Positions 15,101 to 31,220 of a stretch of DNA of 64,000 bases are shown one piece after another (position 1 is the first letter of the stretch; every line of letters starts with the position of its first letter). The position numbers and the translations under genes are program-made. This DNA is from Eledone cirrhosa. Lineage: Eukaryota. Where the stretch lies: positions 89,156,001 through 89,220,000 of the forward strand of contig OZ024745.1 in NCBI GenBank assembly GCA_964016885.1, written 5' to 3'. The notes below the pieces were generated by a model that made no database searches, was not told the origin of the DNA, and worked only from the letters and a program-made list of their open reading frames with translations.

Positions 15101-16649
15101 TAGTTGCTACATATATTGCTATAGATGTAGTTGCTACATAGATTGTTATAGATGTAGTTGCTACATAGATTGCTATAGATGTATTTGCTACATAGATTGT
15201 TATAGATGTAGTTGCTACATAGATTGTTATAGATGTATTTGCTACATAGTTTGCTATAGATGTATTTGCTACATAGATTGTTATAGATGTAGTTGCTACA
15301 TAGATTGCTATAGATGTATTTGCTACATATATTGCTATAGATGTAGTTGCTACATAGATTGTTATAGATGTAGTTGCTATATAGATTGCTATAGATCTAT
15401 TTGCTACATAGATTGTTATAGATGTAGTTGGTACAGAGATTGTTATAGATGTAGTTGCTACATAGATTGTTATAAATGTAGTTGCTACATAGATTGCTAT
15501 ATAAGTAGTTGCTACATATATTGCCATAGATGTAGTTGTTACATAGATTGCCATAGATGTAGTTGCTACATAGATTGCCATTTATGTAGTTGCTACATAG
15601 ATTTTTATAGATGTAGTTTGCTACATAGATTGCCATAGATGTAGTTGCTACATAGATTGCCATAGATGTAGTTGCTACATTGATTGTTATAGATGTAGTT
15701 GCTACACAGATCGCCATAGATGTAGTTGCTACATAGATTGCTATAGATGTAGTAGCTACATAGATTGCTATAGATGTAGTTGCTACATATATTGCTATAG
15801 ATGTAGTTGCTACATAGATTGTTATAGATGTAGTTGCTACATAGATTGCTATAGATGTATTTGCTACATAGATTGTTATAGATGTATTTGCTACATAGTT
15901 TGCTATAGATGTATTTGCTACATAGATTGTTATAGATGTAGTTGCTACATAGATTGCTATAGATGTATTTGCTACATATATTGCTATAGATGTAGTTGCT
16001 ACATAGATTGTTATAGATGTAGTTGCTATATAGATTGCTATAGATCTATTTGCTACATAGATTGTTATAGATGTAGCTGGTACAGAGATTGTTATAGATG
16101 TAGTTGCTACATATATTGTTATAGATGTAGTTGCTAAATAGATTGCCATAAATGGAGTTGCTACATAGATTGGCATAGATGTAGTTGCTACATAGATTGC
16201 CATATATGTAGTTGCTACATAGATTGCCATAGATGTAGTTGCTACATAGATTGCTATATATGTAGTTGCTACATAGATTGCCATAGATGTAGTTGCTACA
16301 TAGATTGTTATAGATGTAGTTGCTACATAGATTGCTATAGATGTATTTGCTACATATATTGCTATAGATGTAGTTGCTACATAGATTGTTATAGATGTAG
16401 TTGCTACATAGATTGTTATAGATGTAGTTGCTACACAGATCGCCATAGATGTAGTTGCTACATAGATTGCTATAGATGTAGTAGCTACATAGATTGCTAT
16501 AGATGTAGTTGCTACATAGATTGTTATAGATGTAGTTGCTACATAGATTGTTATAGATGTAGTTGCTACATAGTTTGCTATAGATGTATTTGCTACATAG
16601 ATTGTTATAGATGTAGTTGCTACATAGATTGTTATAGATGTAGTTGCTA

Positions 16650-19600
16650 CATAGATTGCTATAGATGTATTTGCTACATATATTGCTATAGATGTAGTTG
16701 CTACATAGATTGTTATAGATGTAGTTGCTATATAGATTGCTATAGATCTATTTGCTACATAGATTGTTATAGATGTAGCTGGTACAGAGATTGTTATAGA
16801 TGTAGTTGCTACATAGATTGTTATAAATGTAGTTGCTACATAGATTGCTATATAAGTAGTTGCTACATATATTGCCATAGATGTAGTTGTTACATAGATT
16901 GCCATAGATGTAGTTGCTACATAGATTGCCATTTATGTAGTTGCTACATAGATTGTTATAGATGTAGTTGCTACATAGATTGCCATAGATGTAGTTGCTA
17001 CATAGATTGCCATAGATGTAGTTGCTACATTGATTGTTATAGATGTAGTTGCTACATATATTGTTATAGATGTAGTTGCTACATAGATTTTTATAGATGT
17101 AGTTGCTACATAGATTGCTATAGATGTAGTTGCTGTATAGATTGCTATAGATGTAGTTGCTACATAGATTGCTATAATGTAGTTGCTACATAGATTGCTA
17201 TATAAGTAATTGCTACAATGATTGCTATAGATGTAGTTGCTACATAGATTGTTATAGATGTAGTTGCTATATAGATTGCTATAGATCTATTTGCTACATA
17301 GATTGTTATAGATGTAGTTGGTACAGAGATTGTTATAGTTGTAGTTGCTACATAGATTGTTATAGATGTAGTTGCTACATAGATTGTTATAGATGTAGTT
17401 GCTAGATAGATTGCTATATAAGTAGTTGCTACATATATTGTTATAGATGTAGTTGCTACATAGATTGCCATAAATGGAGTTGCTACATAGATTGGCATAG
17501 ATGTAGTTGCTACATAGATTGCCATAGATGTAGTTGCTACATAGATTGCCATAGATGTAGTTGCTACATAGATTGCTATATATGTAGTTGCTACATAGAT
17601 TGCCATAGATGTAGTTGCTACATAGATTGTTATAGATGTAGTTGCTACATAGATTGTTATAGATGTAGTTGCTACATAGATTGACATAGATGTAGTTGCT
17701 ACATAGATTGTTATAGATGTAGTTGCTACATTGATTGTTATAGATGTAGTTGCTACATAGATTGTTTTAGATGTAGTTGCTACATAGATTGTTATAGATG
17801 TAGTTGCTACATAGATTGCCATAGATGTAGTTGCTACATAGATTGTTATATATGTAGTTGCTACATATATTGAAATGGACGTAGTTGCTACATAGATTGT
17901 TATAGATGTAGTTGCTACATAGATTGCCATAGATGTAGTTGCTACATAGATTGATATATATGTAGTTGCTATATGGATTGCTATAGATGTAGTTGCTACA
18001 TAGATTGTTATAGATGTAGTTGCTACATAGATTGCTATAGATGTAGTTGCTACATAGATTGCCATAGATGTAGTTGCTACATAGATCGTCATAGACGTAG
18101 TTGCTACATAGATTGTTATAGATGTAGTTGCTACATAGATTGCCATTTATGTAGTTGCTACATTGATTGTTATAGATGTAGTTGCTACATAGATTCTTAT
18201 AGATGTAGTTGCTACACAGATCGCCATAGATGTAGTTGCTACAAAGATTGCTATAGATGTAGTAGCTACATAGATTGCTATAGATGTAGTTGCTACATAT
18301 ATTGCTATAGATGTAGTTGCTACATAGATTGTTATAGATGTAGTTGCTACATAGATTGCTATAGATGTATTTGCTACATAGATTGTTATAGATGTATTTT
18401 CTACATAGATTGTTATAGATGTAGTTGCTACATAGATTGCTATAGATGTATTTGCTACATAGATTGTTATAGATGTAGTTTCTACATAGATTGTTATAGA
18501 TGTAGTTGCTACATAGATTGTTATAGATGTAGTTGCTACATAGATTGTTATAGATGTAGTTGCTACATAGATTGGCATAGATGTAGTTGCTACATAGATT
18601 GCTATAGATGTAGTTGCTACATAGATTGCTATAGATGTAGTAGCTACATAGATTGCTATAGATGTAGTTGCTACATATATTGCTATAGATGTAGTTGCTA
18701 CATAGATTGTTATGGATGTAGTTGCTACATAGATTGCTATAGATGTATTTGCTACATAGATTGTTATAGATGTAGTTGCTACATAGATTGTTATAGATGT
18801 AGTTGCTACATAGTTTGCTCTAGATGTATTTGCTACATAGTTGTTATAGATGTAGTTGCTACATAGATTGTCATAGATGTAGTTGCTACATAGATTGCTA
18901 TAGATGTATTTGCTACATATATTGCTATAGATGTAGTTGCTACATAGATTGTTATAGATGTAGTTGCTATATAGATTGCTATAGATCTATTTGCTACATA
19001 GATTGTTATAGATGTAGTTGGTACAGAGATTGTTATAGATGTAGTTGCTACATAGATTGTTATAAATGTAGTTGCTACATAGATTGCTATATAAGTAGTT
19101 GCTACATATATTGCCATAGATGTAGTTGTTACATAGATTGCCATAGATGTAGTTGCTACATAGATTGCCATTTATGTAGTTGCTACATAGATTGTTATAG
19201 ATGTAGTTGCTACATAGATTGCCATAGATGTAGTTGCTACATAGATTGCCATAGATGTAGTTGCTACATTGATTGTTATAGATGTAGTTGCTACATATAT
19301 TGTTATAGATGTAGTTGCTACATAGATTGTTATAGATGTAGTTGCTACATAGATTGCTATAGATGTAGTTGCTGTATAGATTGCTATAGATGTAGTTGCT
19401 ACATAGATTGCTATAATGTAGTTGCTACATAGATTGCTATATAAGTAATTGCTACAATGATTGCTATAGATGTAGTTGCTACATAGATTGTTATAGATGT
19501 AGTTGCTACATAGATTGCTATAGATGTATTTGATACATAGATATTTATAGATATAGTTGCGACATAGATTGTTATAGATGTAGTTGCTATATAGATTGCT

Positions 19601-20820
19601 ATAGATCTATTTGCTACATAGATTGTTATAGATGTAGTTGGTACAGAGATTGTTATAGTTGTAGTTGCTACATAGATTGTTATAGATGTAGTTGCTACAT
19701 AGATTGTTATAGATGTAGTTGCTAGATAGATTGCTATATAAGTAGTTGCTACATATATTGTTATAGATGTAGTTGCTACATAGATTGCCATAAATGGAGT
19801 TGCTACATAGATTGGCATAGATGTAGTTGCTACATAGATTGCCATAGATGTAGTTGCTACATAGATTGCCATAGATGTAGTTGCTACATAGATTGCTATA
19901 TATGTAGTTGCTACATAGATTGCCATAGATGTAGTTGCTACATAGATTGTTATAGATGTAGTTGCTACATAGATTGTTATAGATGTAGTTGCTACATAGA
20001 TTGACATAGATGTAGTTGCTACATAGATTGTTATAGATGTAGTTGCTACATTGATTGTTATAGATGTAGTTGCTACATAGATTGTTTTAGATGTAGTTGC
20101 TACATAGATTGTTATAGATGTAGTTGCTACATAGATTGCCATAGATGTAGTTGCTACATAGATTGTTATATATGTAGTTGCTACATATATTGAAATGGAC
20201 GTAGTTGCTACATAGATTGTTATAGATGTAGTTGCCACATAGATTGCCATAGATGTAGTTGCTACATAGATTGATATATATGTAGTTGCTATATGGATTG
20301 CTATAGATGTAGTTGCTACATAGATTGTTATAGATGTAGTTGCTACATAGATTGCTATAGATGTAGTTGCTACATAGATTGCCATAGATGTAGTTGCTAC
20401 ATAGATCGTCATAGACGTAGTTGCTACATAGATTGTTATAGATGTAGTTGCTACATAGATTGCCATTTATGTAGTTGCTACATTGATTGTTATAGATGTA
20501 GTTGCTACATAGAATCTTATAGATGTAGTTGCTACACAGATCGCCATAGATGTAGTTGCTACAAAGATTGCTATAGATGTAGTAGCTACATAGATTGCTA
20601 TAGATGTAGTTGCTACATATATTGCTATAGATGTAGTTGCTACATAGATTGTTATAGATGTAGTTGCTACATAGATTGCTATAGATGTATTTGCTACATA
20701 GATTGTTATAGATGTATTTTCTACATAGATTGTTATAGATGTAGTTGCTACATAGATTGCTATAGATGTATTTGCTACATAGATTGTTATAGATGTAGTT
20801 TCTACATAGATTGTTATAGA
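16650..20820. repeat. Higher-order duplication, period 2,239 bp, then 2,320 bp after a 3-monomer indel
   Basis: tatagatctattt at 16741/18980 and tataat at 17173/19412 are offset by 2239. ORFs 18147/20467 and 17973/20293 are offset by 2320. The private variant gtaattgctacaatg is in both copies. Confidence 0.88.
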
Positions 20821-22239
20821 TGTAGTTGCTACATAGATTGCTATAGATGTATTTGCTACATATATTGCTATAGATGTAGTTGCTACATAGATTGTTATAG
20901 ATGTAGTTGCTACATAGATTGTTATAGATGTAGTTGCTACATAGATTGCTATATAAATAGTTGCTACATATATTGCCATAGATGTAGTTGCTACTTAGAT
21001 TGCCATAGATGTAGTTGCTACATAGATTGCCATAGATGTAGTTGCTACATAGATTGCCATTTATGTAGTTGCTACATAGATTGTTATAGATGTAGTTGCT
21101 ACATAGATTACCATAGATGTAATTGCTACATAGATTGCCATAGATGTAGTTGCTACATTGATTTTTATAGATGTAGTTGCTACATATATTGTTATAGATG
21201 TAGTTGCTACATAGATTGTTATAGATGTAGTTGCTGCATAGATTGCTATAGATGTAGTTGCTACATACATTGCTATAATGTAGTTGCTACATAGATTGCT
21301 ATATAAGTAGTTGCTACGTAGATTGCTATTGATGTAGTTGCGACATAGATTGCCATAGATGTAGTTGCTACATAGATCGTCATAGACGTAGTTGCTACAT
21401 AGATTGTTATAGATGTAGTTGCTACATAGATTGCCATTTATGTAGTTGCTACATAGATTGTTATATATGTAGTTGCTACATAGATTGCCATAGATGGAGT
21501 TGCTACGTAGATTACCATAGATGTAGTTGCTACATAGATTGCCATAGATGTAGTTGCTACATAGATTGCCATAGATGTAGTTGCTACATAGATTGTTATA
21601 GATGTAGTTGCTAAATAGATTGCTATAGATGTAGTTGCTACATACATTGTTATAGATGTAGTTGCTACATAGATTGCCATAGATGTACTTGCTACATAGA
21701 TTGTTATAGATGTAGTTGCTACATTGATTTTTATAGATGTAGTTGCTACATAGATTGCCATAGATGTACTTGCTACATAGATTGATATATATGTAGTTGC
21801 TATATAGATTGCTATAGATGTAGTTGCTACATAGATTGTTATAGATGTAGTCGCTACATAGATTGCTATAGATGTAGTTGCTACATAGATTGCCATAGGT
21901 GTAGTTGCTACATAGATTGTCATAGACGTAGTTGCTACATAGATTGTTATAGATGTAGTTGCTACATAGATTGCCATTTATGTAGTTGCTACATAGATTG
22001 TTATAAATGTAGTTGCTACATAGATTGCCATAGATGTATTTGCTACATAGATTGCCATAGATGTAGTTGCTACATTGATTGTTATAGATGTAGTTGCTAC
22101 AGAGATTGTTATAGATGTAGTTGCTACATAGATTACTATAGATGTATTTGCTACATATATTGCTATAGATGTAGTTGCTACATAGATTGTTATAGATGTA
22201 GTTGCTACATAGATTGTTATAGATGTAGTTGCTACATAG

Positions 22240-25200
22240 ATTTATATATAAGTAGTTGCTACATATATTGCCATAGATGTAGTTGCTACATAGATTGCCA
22301 TAGATGTAGTTGCTACATAGATTGCCATAGATGTAGTTGCTACATAGATTGCCATTTATGTAGTTGCTACATAGATTGTTATAGATGTAGTTGCTACATA
22401 GATTGCCATAGATGTAGTTGCTACATAGATTGCCATAGATGTAGTTGCTACATTGATTGTTATAGATGTAGTTGCTACATATATTGTTATAGATGTAGTT
22501 GCTACATAGATTGTTATAGATGTAGTTGCTACATAGATTGCTATAGATGTAGTTGCTGCATAGATTGCTATAGATGTAGTTGCTACATAGATCGCTATAA
22601 TGTAGTTGCTACATAGATTGCATAACAAGTAGTTGCTACATAGATTGCATAATAAGTAGTTGCTACATAGATTGTTATAGATGTAGTTGCTACATATGTT
22701 GCTATAGATGTATTTGCTACATAGATTGTCATAGATGTAGTTGCTACATATATTGAAATGGACGTAGTTGCTACATAGACTGTTATAGATGTAGTTGCTA
22801 CATAGATTGCCATAGATGTAGTTGCTACATAGATTGATATATATGTAGTTGCTATATGGATTGCTATAGATGTAGTTGCTACATTGATTGTTATAGATGT
22901 AGTTGCTACATAGATTGCTATAGATGTAGTTGCTACATAGATTGCCATAGATGTAGTTGCTACATAGATCGTCATAGACGTAGTTGCTACATAGATTGTT
23001 ATAGATGTAGTTGCTACATAGATTGCCAATTATTTAGTTGCTACATAGATTGTTATAAATGTAGTTGCTACATAGATTGCCATAGATGTATTTGCTACAT
23101 AGATTGCCATAGATGTAGTTGCTACATTGATTGTTATAGATGTAGTTGCTACATAGATTCTTATAGATGTAGTTGCTACACAGATCGCCATAGATGTAGT
23201 TGCTACAAAGATTGCTATAGATGTAGTAGCTACATAGATTGCTATAGATGTAGTTGCTACATATATTGCTATAGATGTAGTTGCTACATAGATTGTTATA
23301 GATGTAGTTGCTAGATAGATTGCTCTAGATGTAGTTGCTGCATAGATTGCTATAGATGTAATTGCTACATAGATCGCTATAATGTAGTTGCTACATAGAT
23401 TGCATAATAAGTAGTTGCTACATAGTTTGCTATAGATGTAGTTGCTACATAGATTGTTATAGATGTAGTTGCTACATAGATTGCTATAGATGTATTTGCT
23501 ACATAGATTGTTATAGATGTAGTTGCTACATATATTGAAATGGACGTAGTTGCTACATAGATTGTTATAGATGTAGTTGCTACATAGATTGCCATAGATG
23601 TAGTTGCTACATAGATTGATATATATGTAGTTGCTATATGGATTGCTATAGATGTAGTTGCTACATAGATTGTTATAGATGTAGTTGCTACATAGATTGC
23701 TATAGATGTAGTTGCTACATAGATTGCCATAGATGTAGTTGCTACATAGATCGTCATAGACGTAGTTGCTACATAGATTGTTATAGATGTAGTTGCTACA
23801 TAGATTGCCATTTATTTAGTTGCTACATAGATTGTTATAAATGTAGTTGCTACATAGATTGCCATAGATGTATTTGCTACATAGATTGCCATAGATGTAG
23901 TTGCTACATTGATTGTTATAGATGTAGTTGCTACATAGATTCTTATAGATGTAGTTGCTACACAGATCGCCATAGATGTAGTTGCTACAAAGATTGCTAT
24001 AGATGTAGTAGCTACATAGATTGCTATAGATGTAGTTGCTACATATATTGCTATAGATGTCGTTGCTACATAGATTGTTATAGATGTAGTTGCTACATAG
24101 ATTGCTATAGATGTATTTGCTACATAGATTGTTATAGATGTAGTTGGTACAGAGATTGTTATAGATGTAGTTGCTACATAGATTGTTATAGATGTAGTTG
24201 CTACATAGATTGTTATAGATGTAGTTGCTAGATAGATTGCTATATAAGTAGTTGCTACATATATTGTTATAGATGTAGTTGCTACATAGATTGCCATAGA
24301 TGGAGTTGCTACATAGATTGCCATATATGTAGTTGCTACATAGATTGCCATAGATGTAGTTGCTACATAGATTGCCATAGATGTAGTTGCTACATAGATT
24401 GCTATATATGTAGTTGCTACATAGATTGCCATAGATGTAGTTGCTACATAGATTGTTATAGATGTAGTTGCTACATAGATTGCCATAGATGTAGTTGCTA
24501 CATAGATTGTTATATATGAAGTTGCTACATAGATTGCTATAGATGTAGTTGCTACATAGATTGTTATAGATGTAGTTGCTACATAGATTGCTATAGATCT
24601 ATTTGCTACATAGATTGTTATAGATGTAGTTGGTACAGAGATTGTTATAGATGTAGTTGCTACATAGATTGTTATAGATGTAGTTGCTACATAGATTGTT
24701 ATAGATGTAGTTGCTAGATAGATTGCTATATAAGTAGTTGCTACATATATTGTTATAGATGTAGTTGCTACATAGATTGCCATAGATGGAGTTGCTACAT
24801 AGATCGCTATATATGTAGTTGCTACATAGATTGCCATAGATGTAGTTGCTACATAGATTGCCATAGATGTACTTGCTACATAGATTGCTATATATGTAGT
24901 TGCTACATAGATTGTTATAGATGTAGTTGCTACATAGATTGCCATAGATGTACTTGCTACATAGATTGCTATATATGTAGTTGCTACATAGATTGCTATA
25001 GATGTAGTTGCTACATAGATTGTTATAGATGTAGTTGCTACATAGATTGCAATAGATGGAGGTGCTACATAGATTGCCATAGATGGAGTTGCTACGTAGA
25101 TTACCATAGATGTAGTTGCTACATAGATTGCCATAGATGTAGTTGCTACATAGATTGCCATAGATGTAGTTGCTACATAGATTGTTATAGATGTAGTTGC

Positions 25201-28200
25201 TACATAGATCGTCATAGACGTAGTTGCTACATAGATTGTTATAGATGTAGTTGCTAAATAGATTGCTATAGAGTAGTTGCTACATACATTGTTATAGATG
25301 TAGTTGCTACATAGATTGCCATAGATGTAGTTGCTACATAGATTGTTATAGATGTAGTTGCTACATTGATTTTTATAGATGTAGTTGCTACATAGATTGT
25401 TATAGATGTAGTTGCTACATAGATTGTTATAGATGTATTTGCTACATAGATTGCCATAGATGTACTTGCTACATAGATTGTTATATATGTAGTAGCTACA
25501 TATATTCAAATGGACGTAGTTGCTACATAGATTGTTATAGATGTAGTTGCTACATAGATTGCCATAGATGTATTTGCTACATAGATTGATATATATGTAG
25601 TTGCTAAATAGATTGCTATAGATGTAGTTGCTACATACATTGTTATAGATGTAGTTGCTACATAGATTGCCATAGATGTAGTTGCTACATAGATTGTTAT
25701 ATATGTAGTAGCTACATATATTGAAATAGACGTAGTTGGTACATAGATTGTTATAGATGTAGTTGCTACATAGTTTGCCATAGATGTAGTTGCTACATAG
25801 ATTGATATATATGTAGTTGCTATATAGATTGCTATAGATGTAGTTGCTACATAGATTGTTATAGATATAGTTGCTACATAGATTGCTATAGATGTAGTTG
25901 CTACATAGATTGCCATAGGTGTAGTTGCTACATAGATCGTCATAGACGTAGTTGCTACATAGATTGTTATAGATGTAGTTGCTACATAGATTGCCATTTA
26001 TGTAGTTGCTACATAGATTGTTATAAATGTAGTTGCTACATAGATTGCCATAGATGTATTTGCTACATAGATTGCCATAGATGTAGTTGCTACATTGATT
26101 GTTATAGATGTAGTTGCTACATATATTGTTATAAATGTAGTTGCTACATAGATTGTTATAGATGTAGTTGCTACACAGATCGCCATAGATGTAGTTGCTA
26201 CATAGATTGCTATAGATGTAGTAGCTACATAGATTGCTATAGATGTAGTTGCTACATATATTGCTATAGATGTAGTTGCTACATAGATTGTTATAGATGT
26301 AGTTGCTACATAGATTGCTATAGATGTATTTGCTACATAGATTGTTATAGATGTAGTTGCTACATAGATTGTTATAGATGTAGTTGCTACATAGATTACT
26401 ATAGATGTATTTGCTACATATATTGCTATAGATGTAGTTGCTACATAGATTGTTATAGATGTAGTTGCTACATAGATTGTTATAGATGTAGTTGCTACAT
26501 AGATTTCTATATAAGTAGTTGCTACATATATTGCCATAGATGTAGTTGCTACATAGATTGCCATAGATGTAGTTGCTACATAGATTGCCATAGATGTAGT
26601 TGCTACATATATTGCCATTTATGTAGTTGCTACATAGATTGTTATAGATGTAGTTGCTACATAGATTGCCATAGATGTAGTTGCTACATAGATTGCCATA
26701 GATGTAGTTGCTACATTGATTGTTATAGATGTAGTTGCTACATATATTGTTATAGATGTAGTTGCTACATAGATTTCTATATAAGTAGTTGCTACATATA
26801 TTGCCATAGATGTAGTTGCTACATAGATTGCCATATATGTAGTTGCTACATAGATTGCCATAGATGTAGTTGCTACATAGATTGCCATTTATGTAGTTGC
26901 TACATAGATTGTTATAGATGTAGTTGCTACATAGATTGCCATAGATGTAGTTGCTACATAGATTGCCATAGATGTAGTTGCTACATTGATTGTTATAGAT
27001 GTAGTTGCTACATATATTGTTATAGATGTAGTTGCTACATAGATTGTTATAGATGTAGTTGCTACATAGATTGCTATAGATGTAGTTGCTGCATAGATTG
27101 CTATAGATGTAGTTGCTACATAGATCGCTATAATGTAGTTGCTACATAGATTGCATAACAAGTAGTTGCTACATAGATTGCATAATAAGTAGTTGCTACA
27201 TAGATTGTTATAGATGTAGTTGCTACATATTTAGCTATAGATGTATTTGCTACATAGATTGTCATAGATGTAGTTGCTACATATATTGAAATGGACGTAG
27301 TTGCTACATAGATTGTTATAGATGTAGTTGCTACATAGATTGCCATAGATGTAGTTGCTACATAGATTGATATATATGTAGTTGCTATATGGATTGCTAT
27401 AGATGTAGTTGCTACATTGATTGTTATAGATGTAGTTGCTACATAGATTGCTATAGATGTAGTTGCTACATAGATTGCCATAGATGTAGTTGCTACATAG
27501 ATCGTCATAGACGTAGTTGCTACATAGATTGTTATAGATGTAGTTGCTACATAGATTGCCAATTATTTAGTTGCTACATAGATTGTTATAAATGTAGTTG
27601 CTACATAGATTGCCATAGATGTAGTTGCTACATTGATTGTTATAGATGTAGTTGCTACATAGATTCTTATAGATGTAGTTGCTACACAGATCGCCATAGA
27701 TGTAGTTGCTACAAAGATTGCTATAGATGTAGTAGCTACATAGATTGCTATAGATGTAGTTGCTACATATATTGCTATAGATGTAGTTGCTACATAGATT
27801 GTTATAGATGTAGTTGCTAGATAGATTGCTCTAGATGTAGTTGCTGCATAGATTGCTATAGATGTAATTGCTACATAGATCGCTATAATGTAGTTGCTAC
27901 ATAGATTGCATAATAAGTAGTTGCTACATAGTTTGCTATAGATGTAGTTGCTACATAGATTGTTATAGATGTAGTTGCTACATAGATTGCTATAGATGTA
28001 TTTGCTACATAGATTGTTATAGATGTAGTTGCTACATATATTGAAATGGACGTAGTTGCTACATAGATTGTTATAGATGTAGTTGCTACATAGATTGCCA
28101 TAGATGTAGTTGCTACATAGATTGATATATATGTAGTTGCTATATGGATTGCTATAGATGTAGTTGCTACATAGATTGTTATAGATGTAGTTGCTACATA

Positions 28201-31200
28201 GATTGCTATAGATGTAGTTGCTACATAGATTGCCATTTATTTAGTTGCTACATACATTGTTATAAATGTAGTTGCTACATAGATTGCCATAGATGTATTT
28301 GCTACATAGATTGCCATAGATGTAGTTGCTACATTGATTGTTATAGATGTAGTTGCTACATAGATTCTTATAGATGTAGTTGCTACACAGATCGCCATAG
28401 ATGTAGTTGCTACAAAGATTGCTATAGATGTAGTAGCTACATAGATTGCTATAGATGTAGTTGCTACATATATTGCTATAGATGTCGTTGCTACATAGAT
28501 TGTTATAGATGTAGTTGCTACATAGATTGCTATAGATGTATTTGCTACATAGATTGTTATAGATGTAGTTGGTACAGAAATTGTTATAGATGTAGTTGCT
28601 ACATAGATTGTTTTAGATGTAGTTGCTACATAGATTGTTATAGATGTAGTTGCTAGATAGATTGCTATATAAGTAGTTGCTACATATATTGTTATAGATG
28701 TAGTTGCTACATAGATTGCCATAGATGGAGTTGCTACATAGATTGCCATATATGTAGTTGCTACATAGATTGCCATAGATGTAGTTGCTACATAGATTGC
28801 CATAGATGTAGTTGCTACATAGATTGCTATATATGTAGTTGCTACATAGATTGCCATAGATGTAGTTGCTACATAGATTGTTATAGATGTAGTTGCTACA
28901 TAGATTGCCATAGATGTAGTTGCTACATAGATTGTTATATATGAAGTTGCTACATAGATTGCTATAGATGTAGTTGCTACATAGATTGTTATAGATGTAG
29001 TTGCTACATAGATTGCTATAGATCTATTTGCTACATAGATTGTTATAGATGTAGTTGGTACAGAGATTGTTATAGATGTAGTTGCTACATAGATTGTTAT
29101 AGATGTAGTTGCTACATAGATTGTTATAGATGTAGTTGCTAGATAGATTGCTATATAAGTAGTTGCTACATATATTGTTATAGATGTAGTTGCTACATAG
29201 ATTGCCATAGATGGAGTTGCTACATAGATCGCTATATATGTAGTTGCTACATAGATTGCCATAGATGTAGTTGCTACATAGATTGCCATAGATGTAGTTG
29301 CTACATAGATTGCTATATATGTAGTTGCTACATAGATTGCCATAGATGTAGTTGCTACATAGATTGTTATAGATGTAGTTGCTACATAGATTGCCATAGA
29401 TGTAGTTGCTACATAGATCGTTATATATGTAGTTGCTACATAGATTGCTATAGATGTAGTTGCTACATAGATTGTTATAGATGTAGTTGCTACATAGATT
29501 GCAATAGATGGAGGTGCTACATAGATTGCCATAGATGGAGTTGCTACGTAGATTACCATAGATGTAGTTGCTACATAGATTGCCATAGATGTAGTTGCTA
29601 CATAGATTGCCATAGATGTAGTTGCTACATAGATTGTTATAGATGTAGTTGCTACATAGATCGTCATAGACGTAGTTGCTACATAGATTGTTATAGATGT
29701 AGTTGCTAAATAGATTGCTATAGAGTAGTTACTACATACATTGTTATAGATGTAGTTGCTACATAGATTGCCATAGATGTAGTTGCTACATAGATTGTTA
29801 TAGATGTAGTTGCTACATTGATTTTTATAGATGTAGTTGCTACATAGATTGTTATAGATGTAGTTGCTACATAGATTGTTATAGATGTATTTGCTACATA
29901 GATTGCCATAGATGTACTTGCTACATAGATTGTTATATATGTAGTAGCTACATATATTCAAATGGACGTAGTTGCTACATAGATTGTTATAGATGTAGTT
30001 GCTACATAGATTGCCATAGATGTATTTGCTACATAGATTGATATATATGTAGTTGCTAAATAGATTGCTATAGATGTAGTTGCTACATACATTGTTATAG
30101 ATGTAGTTGCTACATAGATTGCCATAGATGTAGTTGCTACATAGATTGTTATATATGTAGTAGCTACATATATTGAAATAGACGTAGTTGGTACATAGAT
30201 TGTTATAGATGTAGTTGCTACATAGTTTGCCATAGATGTAGTTGCTACATAGATTGATATATATGTAGTTGCTATATAGATTGCTATAGATGTAGTTGCT
30301 ACATAGATTGTTATAGATATAGTTGCTACATAGATTGCTATAGATGTAGTTGCTACATAGATTGCCATAGGTGTAGTTGCTACATAGATCGTCATAGACG
30401 TAGTTGCTACATAGATTGTTATAGATGTAGTTGCTACATAGATTGCCATTTATGTAGTTGCTACATAGATTGTTATAAATGTAGTTGCTACATAGATTGC
30501 CATAGATGTATTTGCTACATAGATTGCCATAGATGTAGTTGCTACATTGATTGTTATAGATGTAGTTGCTACATATATTGTTATAAATGTAGTTGCTACA
30601 TAGATTGTTATAGATGTAGTTGCTACACAGATCGCCATAGATGTAGTTGCTACATAGATTGCTATAGATGTAGTAGCTACATAGATTGCTATAGATGTAG
30701 TTGCTACATATATTGCTATAGATGTAGTTGCTACATAGATTGTTATAGATGTAGTTGCTACATAGATTGCTATAGATGTATTTGCTACATAGATTGTTAT
30801 AGATGTAGTTGCTACATAGATTGTTATAGATGTAGTTGCTACATAGATTACTATAGATGTATTTGCTACATATATTGCTATAGATGTAGTTGCTACATAG
30901 ATTGTTATAGATGTAGTTGCTACATAGATTGTTATAGATGTAGTTGCTACATAGATTTCTATATAAGTAGTTGCTACATATATTGCCATAGATGTAGTTG
31001 CTACATAGATTGCCATAGATGTAGTTGCTACATAGATTGCCATAGATGTAGTTGCTACATATATTGCCATTTATGTAGTTGCTACATAGATTGTTATAGA
31101 TGTAGTTGCTACATAGATTGCCATAGATGTAGTTGCTACATAGATTGCCATAGATGTAGTTGCTACATTGATTGTTATAGATGTAGTTGCTACATATATT

Positions 31201-31220
31201 GTTATAGATGTAGTTGCTAC
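22240..31220. repeat. Higher-order duplication, period about 4.45-4.53 kb (164-168 monomers minus 3 bp)
   Basis: ORF pairs: 22356/26889 and 22595/27128 (+4533), 23377/27883 (+4506), 23812/28237 (+4425), 25506/29958 and 25998/30450 (+4452). The offsets differ by exact multiples of 27. Shared private variants include gcataacaag, gccaattattt, atgaagtt and tagagtag. Confidence 0.9.
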
